From Mobula hypostoma (lineage: Eukaryota): a DNA stretch of 64,000 bases. Numbering within the stretch: position 1 is the stretch's first letter; each line of letters begins with the position of its first letter. The stretch covers positions 45,820,001 to 45,884,000 of the forward strand of contig NC_086097.1 in NCBI RefSeq assembly GCF_963921235.1, in the 5' to 3' direction. Below are positions 12,350 through 24,712 of the stretch, one piece after another. Under the pieces are notes generated by a model, which did not search any database, had not been told where the DNA came from, and worked only from the letters and a program-made list of their open reading frames with translations. The position numbers and the translations under genes were made by a program.

Positions 12350-15300
12350 CTGGAAAATTCAAAAAAGATATAGCCAGCATTCAAAGTAGCCCATCAACAC
12401 CAAACGCTACGACTGCTGCAGGTGTTTCTCAGAGTAGCAGTCCACTTTCAACTGAGACCACTCAAGCTGTTAGGAGAAGAAAGATGCGCAAAATTGGTCA
12501 TTAGGAGTAAACACATTTATAGTGAGTGTATATTATCAAGTAATGGATCTCAAGACTGACGTGACAACACACATGGACAAACTTCATCAACAACTTATAG
12601 CACAATATCCCTTCACGCAAGCAAATGCACAACGAACGGCAGATCAATGTATAGTGCTAATAAAAAAATAACAATCCCTATAGACACGTTGAACCAAATA
12701 AAACATGAAGTTGCACAAGAGCTAGAAAGAAACCAACCTAAAGACCACAATAATACTATACAAGAAAGTAATGAAGATGCCATTCTTGAACACTGATGAA
12801 AACGGAATTACTTCAACAACTGCTCCACAACCTGAAAGTAACAAGACAGATGTAAAGCCTCCACAGAATTTTGATGACAAAGCTGATCTTACAGATAAAA
12901 ATTTTCCTAGCATTTAATATCACACTAACAGAATACATGGGAACTAACCCAACAAAAAGACCTTACATGCCAAAAAAAAGCATGTCATCAAAATTTGTAA
13001 AAATTGTTAATACTCTCAACAACATTTAGGAAAACTTGAAACATTTGAAGAGCTACACAAAGTAACATACTGTGCCACATTAACAGCAATACAGTGTAAT
13101 GGCTCCAAAATAGAGGCACTCATTAATGGAAATTCAAAACTGAGGAATGAAATCAGAACACCAAAATGGCAGAAGAGATTAAGAAACAAAATTGTAACCA
13201 ACAGCAGAAATAACCTGCCTAATGAACTATAAAATGGATAACACAATCAAGAAAGTTAAGAGGAAAGCAAAGGAAATACTGAGGAAATATAACATCTGAT
13301 CAACCTAACAAAAGCATTGTAGAATTTATAGATACACTATAACAAAAACTTGGTGCATACAAAGCCAGTTCAAATAGATACATGAAATGCACAAAATAAA
13401 GAAAACAGAATTATCAGTTCAGGAACAATGAAGAAGGTGTATAGAGGACATCGAAACTAAATTTGACACATCAAAATGTCACCTAGCACAGAATTACCAA
13501 CAAACAAAGTGATAATAAACTTGTGGTTTAATATCTGGTCAAACAGGTGATGCACAATCAAGAAGCAAGCTGGATTGGGGAGGAAAAAGAACACACACAC
13601 AATTGAAGGCATGCCTTAAGTTGCAATGGATATGCCAGAAGTGGTTATAAAGAATAACCACAACTGGAAAATACTGGCAGTGATAACATCCATAATTAAT
13701 GATCTAAAAAATTTACTTGTCTTCATCCATATCTTTAATACATATCAACAACTTCCTTAAAACTCTTGAAAAAGTGCACAATTTTTTGACAGAAAGTGAA
13801 AGAATAAATCACAAATGACCCATCCAAATATTGTCCTATTACTTGTTTACATCATGCGTTTCACAACTAATCACCACTCACTTAGATAACCACAATATAC
13901 TTACAGAAGAGCAGAAAGGATGCCGTAATGATATGAAAGGATGTAAGGAACAACTGACAATAGATGATGTAATTCTAAATCAAGTCTGGCGGGAAACTTA
14001 AATTTTTAATGTTTTATTGACTACCAAAAAGCATGTGATTCTGTTCCTCACATGGTTAATAGAAGCTCTTAATATATATAAACTACATTCACTAGTTGTG
14101 AAATTCCTACAACATCTGGCATGTACTATAATCACCCTATCTACTAACAATCAAAAAAGAACAACCACCGTTATCAAAATAAACTGAGGCATTTTCCAAG
14201 GCAACTCTCAAAGGCCACTATGGTCTAACTTTAAACTTGCTGTCTAATTCACTGAAGTGGATCAAAACACAGCAGCAAATCAGCGACAACCAAATGAATT
14301 ATAACTTGTTACCATATCTAATCATGGACAATTTGAAATTCCATGCTCCCTCATGAGTAAGGTTAAAGCAATTAATTCAAATAGTAGAACTATTTTCTGA
14401 AGATATAAACATGAACTGTGGACTAGATACGTGCAGAACATTAAACATAAAAAGGTGCAATAGAGCTAGTAGAATACAAAATAGAACAGCAGGATACAAT
14501 GCAACCGATCGATGAATATGAAACATATATCTGGGATATCAACAAGGAAAGAAAAGAGATCATAGCGTGATAAAGGGAAAACTTTCGACAGAATTTACTT
14601 CAAGGCTTAAGAAAAGCTGCCGAACAGAGCTCAGTAGTAAAAGTATAACAAAGGCATAAGCACTTTTGCTATACCCACATTAATGTATTCTTTTGGCATA
14701 ACATCTTAGTCTGAAACAGATCTGGAAAATATACAAGGAAAAATAAGAACTGAAATAATAAATTTTGGGAAACACTATGTGTGTTCCAACACACTTAGAT
14801 TAACACTACCTAGGTCACAGGGAGGAAGAGGGGTAATAGATATCAAAAATATACACAACACTCTGACAAAACTTCTATGGATATATTTTCATCAATGAAA
14901 GAAGGTTTCAGCACTCACTAAATGAAATGAAAGCACAACCCAGAAAAAATGAAGAGGTTATCACTATAGAAAAAAAGCTAACCAATGGAAGACAATGACA
15001 CTCCATAGAAGACACCTTCATGATCTGAGCAGACTAGGTGTTGACAAGAAAGCGTCAAATACCTGGCTCAGAGTTGGAGACCTCTTCCTTGGAACAGGGG
15101 GGGTTCCTTGTGGCTATACAGGATCAGATGGTTAACATAAAAAATTGTCAAAAATGCATAATAAAAGTCAAATTCAAGACAATAAATGCAAAAAATGCCA
15201 AGAGAAAACAGAAAAAATCCGACATATTACAGGATCTCGCAGTTTAACTCAATCTGATTTCTTACACAGGCACAATCAAGTGGCAAAAATCATTCACCAA

Positions 15301-15400
15301 AATCTTGTTTTAAAATACAAACTTGGAAAAGACACTTTACCCTACTATAAATACAAGCCTGATCCAGTTTTAGAGTCACAGTCCTACAAGTTATATTACA
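12350..15400 (+). mobile_element. Decayed R4/Dong-clade non-LTR retrotransposon (restriction-like endonuclease type)
   Basis: A-rich coding strand with many stops and frameshifts. EQKGCRNDMKGCKEQLTID at ~13908-13965, IDYQKAxDSVPH at ~14016, GIFQG at ~14189, GGRG at ~14821, and CKKC-x4-E-x3-HI zinc knuckle followed by RHNQVAKIIHQNL at 15187-15306. Confidence 0.8.
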
Positions 15401-15809
15401 AAAAGATGCCAGCGAGGACTGTAAATACAATTATTTCCCTGAGTGTGAGTGGATGAAAGACCTTTTATGAAAGTTATGAGAATGAATTCACGTGAAACAA
15501 AACAGTAAGTCCAGGGGTTTCTACCAATAGTTACATTGTTCTCATTTTCAGTTTTATGTAGCAGCTTTCACTTTATCCTAATCAAATCAGTATTTATGTT
15601 TTACTTTGCTAACAGGAATATTCTTAGCATTGTAATGTCTTCATAGTTGATGGATCCAATTCTGTCTTATCTTTGAATACAGTATATGCCGTATCATTCA
15701 TCACTGTCCATCTTATGATTATCTAAACTGGACACCATAATGAAAATTGGCTCACTTTCCATTAAGGAAATGGTACACAGTTCCTGAGCATAGAAGAAAT
15801 TGAATACTT

Positions 15810-16800
15810 TTAGCTGTGTGTATGAAAATAAATAGAACAATCAATGTAAATACACTCAGATCGGCGTGAGTTAATCAGTTTGATGGCCTGGTGGAAGAAG
15901 CTGTCCCGGAGCCTGTTAGTCCTGGCTTTTATGTTTCGGTACCATTTCCCGGATGGTAGCAGCTGGAATAGACTGTGGTTGGGGTGACTCGAGTCCTCAA
16001 TGATCCTTCGGGCCCTTTTTTCACATCTGTCTTTGTAAATGTCCTGAATCATGGGGAGTTCACAACTACAGATGTGCTGGGCTGTCTGCACCACTCTCTG
16101 CAGAATCCTGTGATTAAGTGAGGTACAGTTCCCTATTCTTAATATGCAACGGTGGTGGAAGCGGATACAATAGGGTCTTTTAAGAGACTTTTGGATAAGT
16201 ACATGGACCTTCGATCACTCATACCAACAATAAGAGAAAGACAACTCAGATTCCTAGGACACATCATGCAGAAGATGAACTAGAAAAACTCATACTCTCT
16301 GGAAAGATTGAGGGGAGCAAACCAAGAGGAAGACCTCGGCTTATGTACATCAAAAGCATAGCCAGGTGGCTACACGTCGAGGAAATGGAAGTCATTCAAA
16401 AAACGAAGGATAGATCTATATGGAAAACCATGGTCACCAAAGTCCGCATCGGATATGGTACTTAAACAGACAGACAGTTCCCATACCAGGCAGTGATGCA
16501 GCCAGTCAGGATGTCTCAATTGTGCCCCTGTAAAAAGTTCTTAGGATTGGGGGGCCCATACCTAACTTCCTCAACCGACTGAGGTGAAAAAGGCGCTGTT
16601 GTGCCTTTTTCACCACACAGCTGGTGTGTACAGACCACGTGAGGTCCTGGGTGATGTAGATGCCGAGGAACTTAAAACTATTTACCCTCTCAACCCCAGA
16701 TTCATTGATGTCAATAGGGGTTAGCCCATCTCCATTCCTCCTGTAATCCACAACCAGCTCCTTTGTTTTTGCGACATTGAGGGAGAGGTTGTTTTTACTT
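15810..16800 (-). mobile_element. Rex1-like LINE 3' fragment carrying a nested insertion
   Basis: ORFs 16506-16751 (VNSFKFLG...KKAQQRLFHL) and 15810-16094 (HPNHSLFQLLPSGK) are consecutive parts of one RT C-terminus. Confidence 0.85.
16134..16473 (+). mobile_element. RTE-clade LINE 3' end preceded by a short CR1 fragment, within one TSD
   Basis: Reads RERQLRFLGHIM...LEKLILSGKIEGSKPRGRPR (RTE C-terminus); (ACAG)n tail; direct repeat acagttccc at 16125-16133 and 16474-16482. Confidence 0.78.
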
Positions 16801-17646
16801 TAGATTTCACTTTAGGTGAATTATGTACTGCAACAGTTGCATTATTTAAGAATTGCAATATGTTATTAACTAAAGTGTTACTTAATTACTACTAGTGATA
16901 CAGACTATTCACCCAATGAGTAAAATTTTAATAAGTTTAATATATTCAGTCAATCTACAGGCTACATACAGCTTCCAGACAAAGTGGGATTAAATGATAA
17001 TAAAGCAAAATAGGTAGTTTAGAAAAGACATGATTCTCAGCATTGGATCTTGGGGCAGATATAATTCAGTCCCCTGATTAACATTATGCCCTTTATCAAT
17101 TTTTATTCATACTTTTCATATTGTTTTTATTTTACTGTTGTTATGGTAAAATTACAAAGCCTAGCAAGGCTTGTGAAACAGAGGGGTAGAATCGTTTGAC
17201 ACATAGGATTATTTTAGAATAGAGCCTGAACTGCTGGTAAATATAAAACTGAGTTGCTCCTGTACCATTCCCACTTGCAGAGTATAATTACAAAATGATG
17301 AGTTTACATATAGTTTCAATTATAAATGTGGGTATAAGAATTTAGAATAAGGGAAAATAAGCGAAAATATCGCAAAAAAATGAGACACTTTGAAATAGTG
17401 ATACAAGTATTTTGAACATACATTTCAGCTTTTATCTAAATAATGAAATATTATATATCATTCTCAACTCTGTTCATGTGTAATGTATCAAACTGCATTG
17501 CACACACTGATTTCCTGCAAGTCACAGAATCGAAGAATCACAGGATGGCTACAGAAAGAAAGCAGGCCTTTCTGCTTGTCAGCTTTATGCCAACTCATTC
17601 TTGGAGCAATTTTACTGTTCTTTCACAAAGTTCTACATATTATTTC

Positions 17647-18308
17647 TGTAATGCTCAGTTACATTGGCTCGTGTATGTCTAGGGGAAATCCCACCCAGCA
17701 CCTGCCTCAGCGCTTCCCACGGAGTCGGTTGCTGCACCACTGTCGCCCGAATCATTCCCAAACATCAATCATCAGCCAGCACACCCAGTACGTTTTACCA
17801 AGTACACTTTATAGATATTACTAAGTCTATGACATTAATATAAATTCGATACAGAGAGGGAAGTAATGAAAAAAAAGGCGCCAAGACTTATCAAAGTCCA
17901 AGTTCTTCGTGCACAACCGTTGGAGCTCAATCAATTCATGACGACCACCCAGATCCTGTCTACTCACGGCTCGGGACCACCCGGAGTGATCGACTGGAGA
18001 CTTTCTGCACGTCCACCGTCCTCCCCGTCTCTCCTCCGACTCCCCGCCAAAAACCCCATCCACCGTCCTCCTCGTCTCTCCTCTGACTCCCCGTCTCTCC
18101 TCCGACTCCCCATCAAAAACCCGTCCCCACTCATATGATCCAGCATTATCATCCGAAAACAAAACGATACATGAACGCCCACTGGCTAATAGCACCCTGC
18201 TATCTGTATTAACCCAAGCAAATGTCTAGTTAGAGACTTTCTCAGCATTTAACATAACAAAGAAGCCATTTTAAATTTAACATGCAAAAAAAAGAACGAC
18301 CCCGTACA
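17647..18308. mobile_element. Probable solo LTR (Gypsy/ERV-like)
   Basis: TGTA...TACA termini; 4-bp TSD tttc at 17643-17646 and 18309-18312; CpG-rich 662-bp island in AT-rich DNA; internal duplication of ccccgtctctcctccgactcccc. Confidence 0.65.
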
Positions 18309-19039
18309 TTTCTTTTTAGATATCTAATTTCCTTTTGAATGCTACAGTCAAGCCTGTCTCCATTGTTTATCCTGCATTCTTGACCCCCTCCACCAATCTG
18401 AACTCAGCTACTCTAATGAGTACCACTTTCAGATCTCCTCATAACTTCTTCTGTTCCAAGAACAATCTCAGCTTCTCTTGTTAATCTCCTTAACTAATGC
18501 CTCTCTTCCCTGGAATCATTTCAGTAAGTTTGTGACCTTACCAATGTTTCATAAAGGGGTTCGCCCTGACTTCCTTGTTCTTCGATGCATCTCTTAATGA
18601 AGCCCAGGATTCCATGTGCCTTATGAACCATTCTCCAGGGCAAACCCACCACTTTCAAAGAACTGTGAACATATATCCTGGTTCTAACAAAGGCTCTTTA
18701 ACCTGAAAGGTAATTGACTGTGTCTCTTCCCATATGTTTGCATTTCAGATTTCTGCCATTTTCATACATCCCAGATCTCTCTATTGTTGTACTCCTGTTG
18801 GGATTCAGTTTATACTGTCTTTTTCTGATTTCCATTACATACTGTAACACTTTATTTTTCTCAGCATTAGATTTCATCTGTAATTTATCCAGGAGTCCGG
18901 CAACCTATTGCTGGCCACTCACTTCCCATTTCTATGTCGTCTGCAGTTCCAGTTTCTGCGTGGATTGTACACCCAACTCCAAATCATTAATATTACAGTG
19001 TTAAGAAAAACAATGTTTTTTGTATGATCCCCTGTGAGA

Positions 19040-20580
19040 CAGCACTGCAAACTCCCCTCCATTATTTATTTCCTGTCACTGAACCTATTTTATAAACATG
19101 ATGTTTCTGCCCCTTTTATTCCATTTCATGACTAATAGCACATTTTTAGCCACATCTTGGAAGTTAAAAACACATTGTACTTCCCTCATCACCCTCTCCT
19201 TTGGTGAACAAACTCCTGTTCCTTGGTCTAAATACACCATTTTGCAACTAGGTGTTGGACTTCCTAATGAGCAGACCTCAGATAAGCAGGTTGTACAATC
19301 GCTCCTCCCTCCCCATCTTCTTGAACACGGGTGCCCCCCAGGGCTGTGTGGCGAGCCCACTGCTGTACACTCTGCTCACACATGACTGCACAGGCAAACA
19401 CCTGAGTAATCACATTGTCAAGTTCGCAGATGGCTCAGCAGTGGTGCGGCTCATCACCAGCAACGATGAGACTTCCTACAGAGAGGAGGTGGAAGAGCTC
19501 GAGGCCTGGTGCCAGGCAAATAACCTCTTCCTCAATGTCAACAAGACAAAGGAGATAGTTATTGATTTCAGGAGAATTCGCACCACTCGCACCCCTCTTT
19601 ACATCGGTGGGACAGCAGTGGAAATGGGCATTGTGCTAGCAAGCCCATCCCGAAAAAACCCAGAGCTTCAGAAATGGCAACAGAATCTCCAAGGATCTCA
19701 TCCCTGGGAGAGGAAGGATCTGACGCCAGGTAGATGGGCTACACACCTGAGGACAATTTAAAAGACTGGCTCAGGACAGAGGACTGCTGTTGGCGGCCTT
19801 GCCCCAGAAGGGGTAATGAGCTGAACAAGAAGATGACTGCAATGAAAACCGCAAGCAGTTTCAAACTCCTGGTAGTCAACCTCTCATGGTCTCACAACAC
19901 ATTCTGCACAATCAAGAAAGCTCAGCACTGCTTTCTGAGGAGGGCAAAAGGACCTAGACTACGCACAAGAATACACATAACCCCACACAGATGCTCAGTA
20001 CAGAGCATCCTAACATGTTGCTTCAGTGCGTGGTACGGAAACTGAACCGCAGTGGACGGGAAGGCTTTACAAAGGGTCGTCAAAACTGCCCAGCGCATCA
20101 CCAGCACCAGGGACGTATGTACAGAAGGGTTCTGGAGAAAGGCCAGTAATGTCATGATGGATCCCACCCACCCTGCTCATGGTTTGTTTGTCCCAATCCC
20201 ACCAGGGAGGAGACCACATAGCTTCCACGCCAGGTCCACCAGACTCAACGTTACTTTCTTTAAGCCATAAGGCTGATCAACACCTCCATCCACTACTAAC
20301 CCACCCCTCCACATCCACAACCACCACTGCTTTATCATTTTCTGTCAGTCACCTCATGTACAGGTATAGATACTCCTGTGCCTAGCACCACTTCATGTAT
20401 ATATAATCAATCTATGTATATAAAATACCTTATGCATTTATATTTATTGTTTTTTTATTATTGTGTTCTCTATCAGTGTGATTTTTATATGCTGCATTGG
20501 ATCTGGAGTAATAACTATTTTGTTCTGCTTTATACTTGTGTACAGGAAATGGCAATAACAATCTTGAATCCTGAATTTTA
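19040..20580 (+). mobile_element. Rex1-like LINE fragment with a ~200-bp internal insertion (~19625-19830)
   Basis: ORF 19252-19761: NTGAPQGCVASPLLY, VKFADG, LNVNKTKEIVIDFR. RT homology resumes near 19850 (SSFKLL). Confidence 0.8.
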
Positions 20581-20589
20581 CTTTGTCAA

Positions 20590-21130
20590 GAAAACATGCT
20601 TATCAGTTGAACATTATTTGCCTTTAAATAATCCATACAGGTTTCTTTAAGTAATCTACACTTATCCAAGTGACTGCTAATTCTGTAAATGATTAATGTT
20701 TCTAGAACCTTCTTCACCATGGAATTTAAACTGACAGGTCTGTAGTTAACTGGTTTATATCTGCTTCCGTTCTTCAACAAAGGCTGAAGGTTTGCAGTTT
20801 TTCTGTCCCCAGGTACCACCCTGAATCTATAGGTGTTTGAAAAATTATGGCCAGCACTTCTGCAGTATCCTTCTATACTTTTCCCAGCATCCCTACCAGG
20901 TGACTTATCCACTCGAAATACAACCAGCCTTTCTAACATTCTCTTTATTAATTTCAGCCCACCCAGAATCTCAGCTACATCTTCTTTTGCTGATCTCTGG
21001 TACCTTATTTTTCTTGGTGAAGGCTGATGCCTTCCTTGATGAAGGTAGTCATTTTGTCCCTCTGCCTCTAAAAATTAATTTTTCGGCCACTGATAATTCT
21101 CTTCCTACAACCCTTTTTCTGTTTACTTGC
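20590..21130 (-). mobile_element. CR1 LINE ORF2 fragment
   Basis: ORF 20586-20939: DKSPG...NYRPVSL. Confidence 0.75.
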
Positions 21131-21829
21131 CTATAGAATCTTTTTGGATTCCTCTTTATATTTGCAGCCAATCTTCTCTCATTCCCTTTCCTTACATTCT
21201 GTCTGAACTGGAATCTGTTACATGCTCCTTTATCTGTTCTATTTTACTCCGGCTTCAACTTTCCGGCCCTTCTCTCTCATAGAAATGCACCTAAATTGCA
21301 ACAAAACTGTAAGATATTAGATCATAAAACATTACCACCTTAAATGCCTCCTACTAACCACTTACATTTTTATCTTATGATTTAGTCATTTACGTAAACA
21401 ACTTTGAGAAGTCCCAGGGAATCTCCATTTTAACACCAATGATCTTTCTATGAACTTTTATGCTTGTGACAAATACCAGTTTCCTGTATATTATGAAGCC
21501 ACCTTACAAAGGCAAGATTAAAATGAAAAAAGAGATTCTGTATTTCGGTACCAAGCATGATTATCAGGAAATAGCCGCGAGAAATAATACAATCAGAAAC
21601 TTAAAAGGAAATAAAAATTAAACAGCGAAGACTTTTAACGTATTAATTATACTATTTGAGATTCTTGTTATATGTTTAGAAAAGAGGTAGCTCAAGTGAA
21701 TGGGAAATATCATCTTTTAGATGCCAGCATGAACAGCTTAAAGTAGACTTGGAGGATAAGATGTTGGATTTATAGTGGTTGTTAACTCCAAACTTACTCA
21801 CGAGAAAGTGGGACAAAAATAAATGTTTT

Positions 21830-22890
21830 TTTTACAAAGTTCCTCATAGTAGTCTGGTCCAGAAGACAAAATGAGTTGAAAATTGGGTCCAAAATGAAAG
21901 TCAGAGGGTGTTTTTCATGACCTGTTTGTAGTATATATTATTGAGTTGGATGAAAATACAGGACTATTTAGTGTTAGCAGATTACATGACAATTGGTGGA
22001 ATTGTAGAGGGTGACGATAGCACAATTTCAATTGAGGACAGTGAGGATAGATCAATTGGAAACTTGGATGAAGAAAAGGCAGAGGTAGTTCAGTCCTGCC
22101 AAGTGTGAGGTGATGCATTTTGGGAGGTCAAATGCAAGAGAAAAGTGTATAGTAAATGACAGGATCTTAGAAGCATTGATGTACAGAGAATTTTGGGACG
22201 CATGTACAAAATTCCTGAAAATGGCAATGCAGATGGCTAGGGTGGTGAAGAAAGTGAACGCCGTGCTTATCTTCGCTAGTTAGAGTGTCAACTATATGAG
22301 AAGTCATGTTGCAGGTGCATAAAACTTTAGTTAGGCCACATTTGGAGAACGGCCTACAGTTCTGGTCCCCACACGATGGAAAAGATTAGAGGTTTTGGAA
22401 AGGGTTCAGAAGTGCTTCACCAGAGTCCTGCCTGGATTGGAGCTAGGAGAGGTTAGATAAACTTAAACTTTTCCCCCTGGTGCTTTGGAGCATGAGTTGA
22501 CCTGATATGTGTATAAATTATGGAAAGCATAGGTATAGTCAATTGTTGGTCTTTTTTTTCTTCAGTGAAAATGTCAAATATTAGGGGTTATAGTTTCAGG
22601 GTAGTGGTGGTGGGGGGTTGGAACTTGGGGGGGGGAATTTAATGAAAATATTCAAAGCAAGTTTTATACACAGTGTAGTTGATGCCTGGAATGTGCTGCC
22701 AGGTGCATTCCAGGGAGATGGTAGAAACAGATACAATAGAAAGAGGCATTTACATAAGCACCATGAACAGGCAAGGGATAGATGGACTAGGACAGTGAGC
22801 AGGCAATTGGTATTAGTCTTTACAGTCAGCACAGATATGATGGCTATAGGGCAATAGGCTGTGATGTACTTTTCTATGTTTCTACTTTGA
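21830..22890 (+). mobile_element. Old CR1 LINE 3' fragment
   Basis: Decayed KCEVMHFG, LVRPHLE and ERVQK motifs; VVDAWNVLP in ORF 22618-22857. Confidence 0.75.
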
Positions 22891-24079
22891 TTTTTTTTGA
22901 TACTCATTTTCATTCACATAGGCAAAAAAAGGTTCAGAGGGTCTTCAATAATAAGTTGATTTTTTTTGTCAGCTATACTTGTATCCTTAAAATGTTAACC
23001 TACGAAGAGATTTGTATTCTCTACCTATATATCAAATGCAGATACATATTTTAGGATCTAAGACAACATAAGTATAAACTGCTTTGTTTGCTGCACTCGA
23101 CAGGGTAATGCCGTTTCCCTGTAACGACACTTGAGACTATGTTTAATTGCTTCCTCCATTGCAACCAACTGGATGATGTTCTGGTGCAGCCTAATGGTGA
23201 ACTAAGAGTTTGTAGAGCTGTCCAATAAAAAGTATCAATGCGATTTTATCCTTACAGATCTTAACCATCACACTGCGAATTTCTTTCTTCGATCTCCGAT
23301 GTATACAACTATAAATACATTGAGTTTACTAGCAGATATGATGTAACCAAATATTTGCATTGCAATATTTAAACCGTCATGCATTGCGTGTTTTCACAAA
23401 GGAAAAATGAAGCAATGGAAAAGATATGTTTATAAAATGTTTAAATGCTTATTATGTTTTTAATAAGTTGAGCCATGATTGTATAATGGTTATTTAATGA
23501 ACTATGTTTGGACTCCGCCGTTGAACTCTTTAAATCATGGACGGAGAATTTTCCCATTACCAGTAGACTCAGTCTTGTTCATATGGGTAATTTTATGTAG
23601 AGGTATAACAGTCTGATTGTAATCATTTCAAGTGTTATCAAAGATCAACAACTTTAGCCCTCGTGAAACACAGCTTCTGCTACGGAATTATTTTTGAAAA
23701 GATGGCAAGAACCGTTAGTATCTTGCAATCATCAAATAATTTGATCTATATTTAAATCTAATTACGTAGGAAGAGTTGAATAAAAGTTAGGACATGTTTT
23801 CAAATAAAGGCAATTCCTCTATTCCAGCCACCTTCAGTTTTTGAGTAAATAGTCCTCCGCAAAAATAAATAGTTCCAAAGAACATAAAATAAGCTCTTCA
23901 AAAATGAGAAATGTTAATTTTATTTTCCGGTTTGTTTTCCAAAATAATTACCTTTATTAGTTGACCGCACTGATATGTTAGATAAAAGTGCATTCCGAAA
24001 ATAAAGTTAAAGTGATGAGAATGTAATCGTAGGCACCAGTGCTAGCGTAGTGATTAAAGACCACGTACAGTGTAAAGTC

Positions 24080-24398
24080 AACCTAACTTACGACGGGAAA
24101 TGCAACCGCTCTTCTGATGGACACGGATGTTCGCCAATGGGGCGAGGGGTTCGGCGGTTTGCCCAATGGGAGCGGGGCGAGTGGGCGGGGCGGCGGCGCG
24201 ATCAGGTTGGGGTGTGCGGCAGTGTGGCCGATGCGCTGGGAGGCTGAGTTCGGGTCTGCCGCCACCTCCGCTGCTACCCGCTCGTAGGAGGCGCTGACAT
24301 AGCCCGGGCGGGCGCAAACTTTCACGCAACAAAGTGTCTCGGCGCAACAAAAGGGCGCATCGCGGCTGCAAGGCAGCGCTGGCCGCACAGCACCGACA
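24080..24398 (+). promoter_or_regulatory. CpG-island promoter and 5' UTR of RCOR1 with two CCAAT boxes and GC boxes
   Basis: Abrupt GC/CpG-rich segment in AT-rich surroundings, directly upstream of the ATG. CCAAT at 24134-24138 and 24163-24167; GGGCGG at 24183-24188 within gggcggggcgg. No TATA box evident. TSS not determinable from sequence. Confidence 0.8.
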
Positions 24399-24540
24399 AT
24401 GCCAACCATGATAGAGAAAGGGCCCGAGGTCTCGGGCAAGAGAAGAGGAAGGAATGGGGCTAAAAGTTTTGCGGGGGGAGCCGCGACCAATGGCAATAAC
24501 TCCTGGGAAGAGGCGAGCAGCGGTTCCGATGACGAGCACG
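24399..24540 (+). CDS. RCOR1: REST corepressor 1 (CoREST), coding exon 1
   Basis: Translates to MPTMIEKGPEVSGKRRGRNGAKSFAGGAATNGNNSWEEASSGSDDEH plus 1 nt. This matches the vertebrate RCOR1 N-terminus as I recall it (MPAMVEKGPEVSGKRRGRN...NSWEEGSSGSSSDEEH). GT donor at 24541, phase 1. Too short for the ORF track. Confidence 0.96.
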
Positions 24541-24655
24541 GTACTGGAGCCTTTCAGTAGCCTGGAACTGACTTATTGTTGGTTTAATTTCAATGCACTG
24601 ACACCGCTCTCTTCATTTCTTTTAATGAGGTATTTATTTTAACTACTTGTTACAG

Positions 24656-24712
24656 GTGGAGGAATGCGAGTTGGTTCGCAATATCAAGCAGTTGTCCCTG
24701 AATACGATCCCG
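24656..24712 (+). CDS. RCOR1: RCOR1 coding exon 2 (start of ELM2 domain)
   Basis: ttacag acceptor; reads (G)GGMRVGSQYQAVVPEYDP, the ELM2 signature MRVGxQYQAxVP; gtgagt donor at 24713; 57 nt, phase 1-1, in frame with exon 1. Confidence 0.97.

Noticed and set aside
17990..18130. Repeated 23-37 bp units that might suggest a CRISPR-like array
   Set aside because: Only two or three imperfect copies, no unique spacers, eukaryotic LTR context and no cas genes.
24078..24642. ORFs 24078-24539 (-), 24083-24496 (-) and 24454-24642 (+)
   Set aside because: By-products of the GC-rich promoter and exon 1. The real frame starts at 24399 and is spliced.
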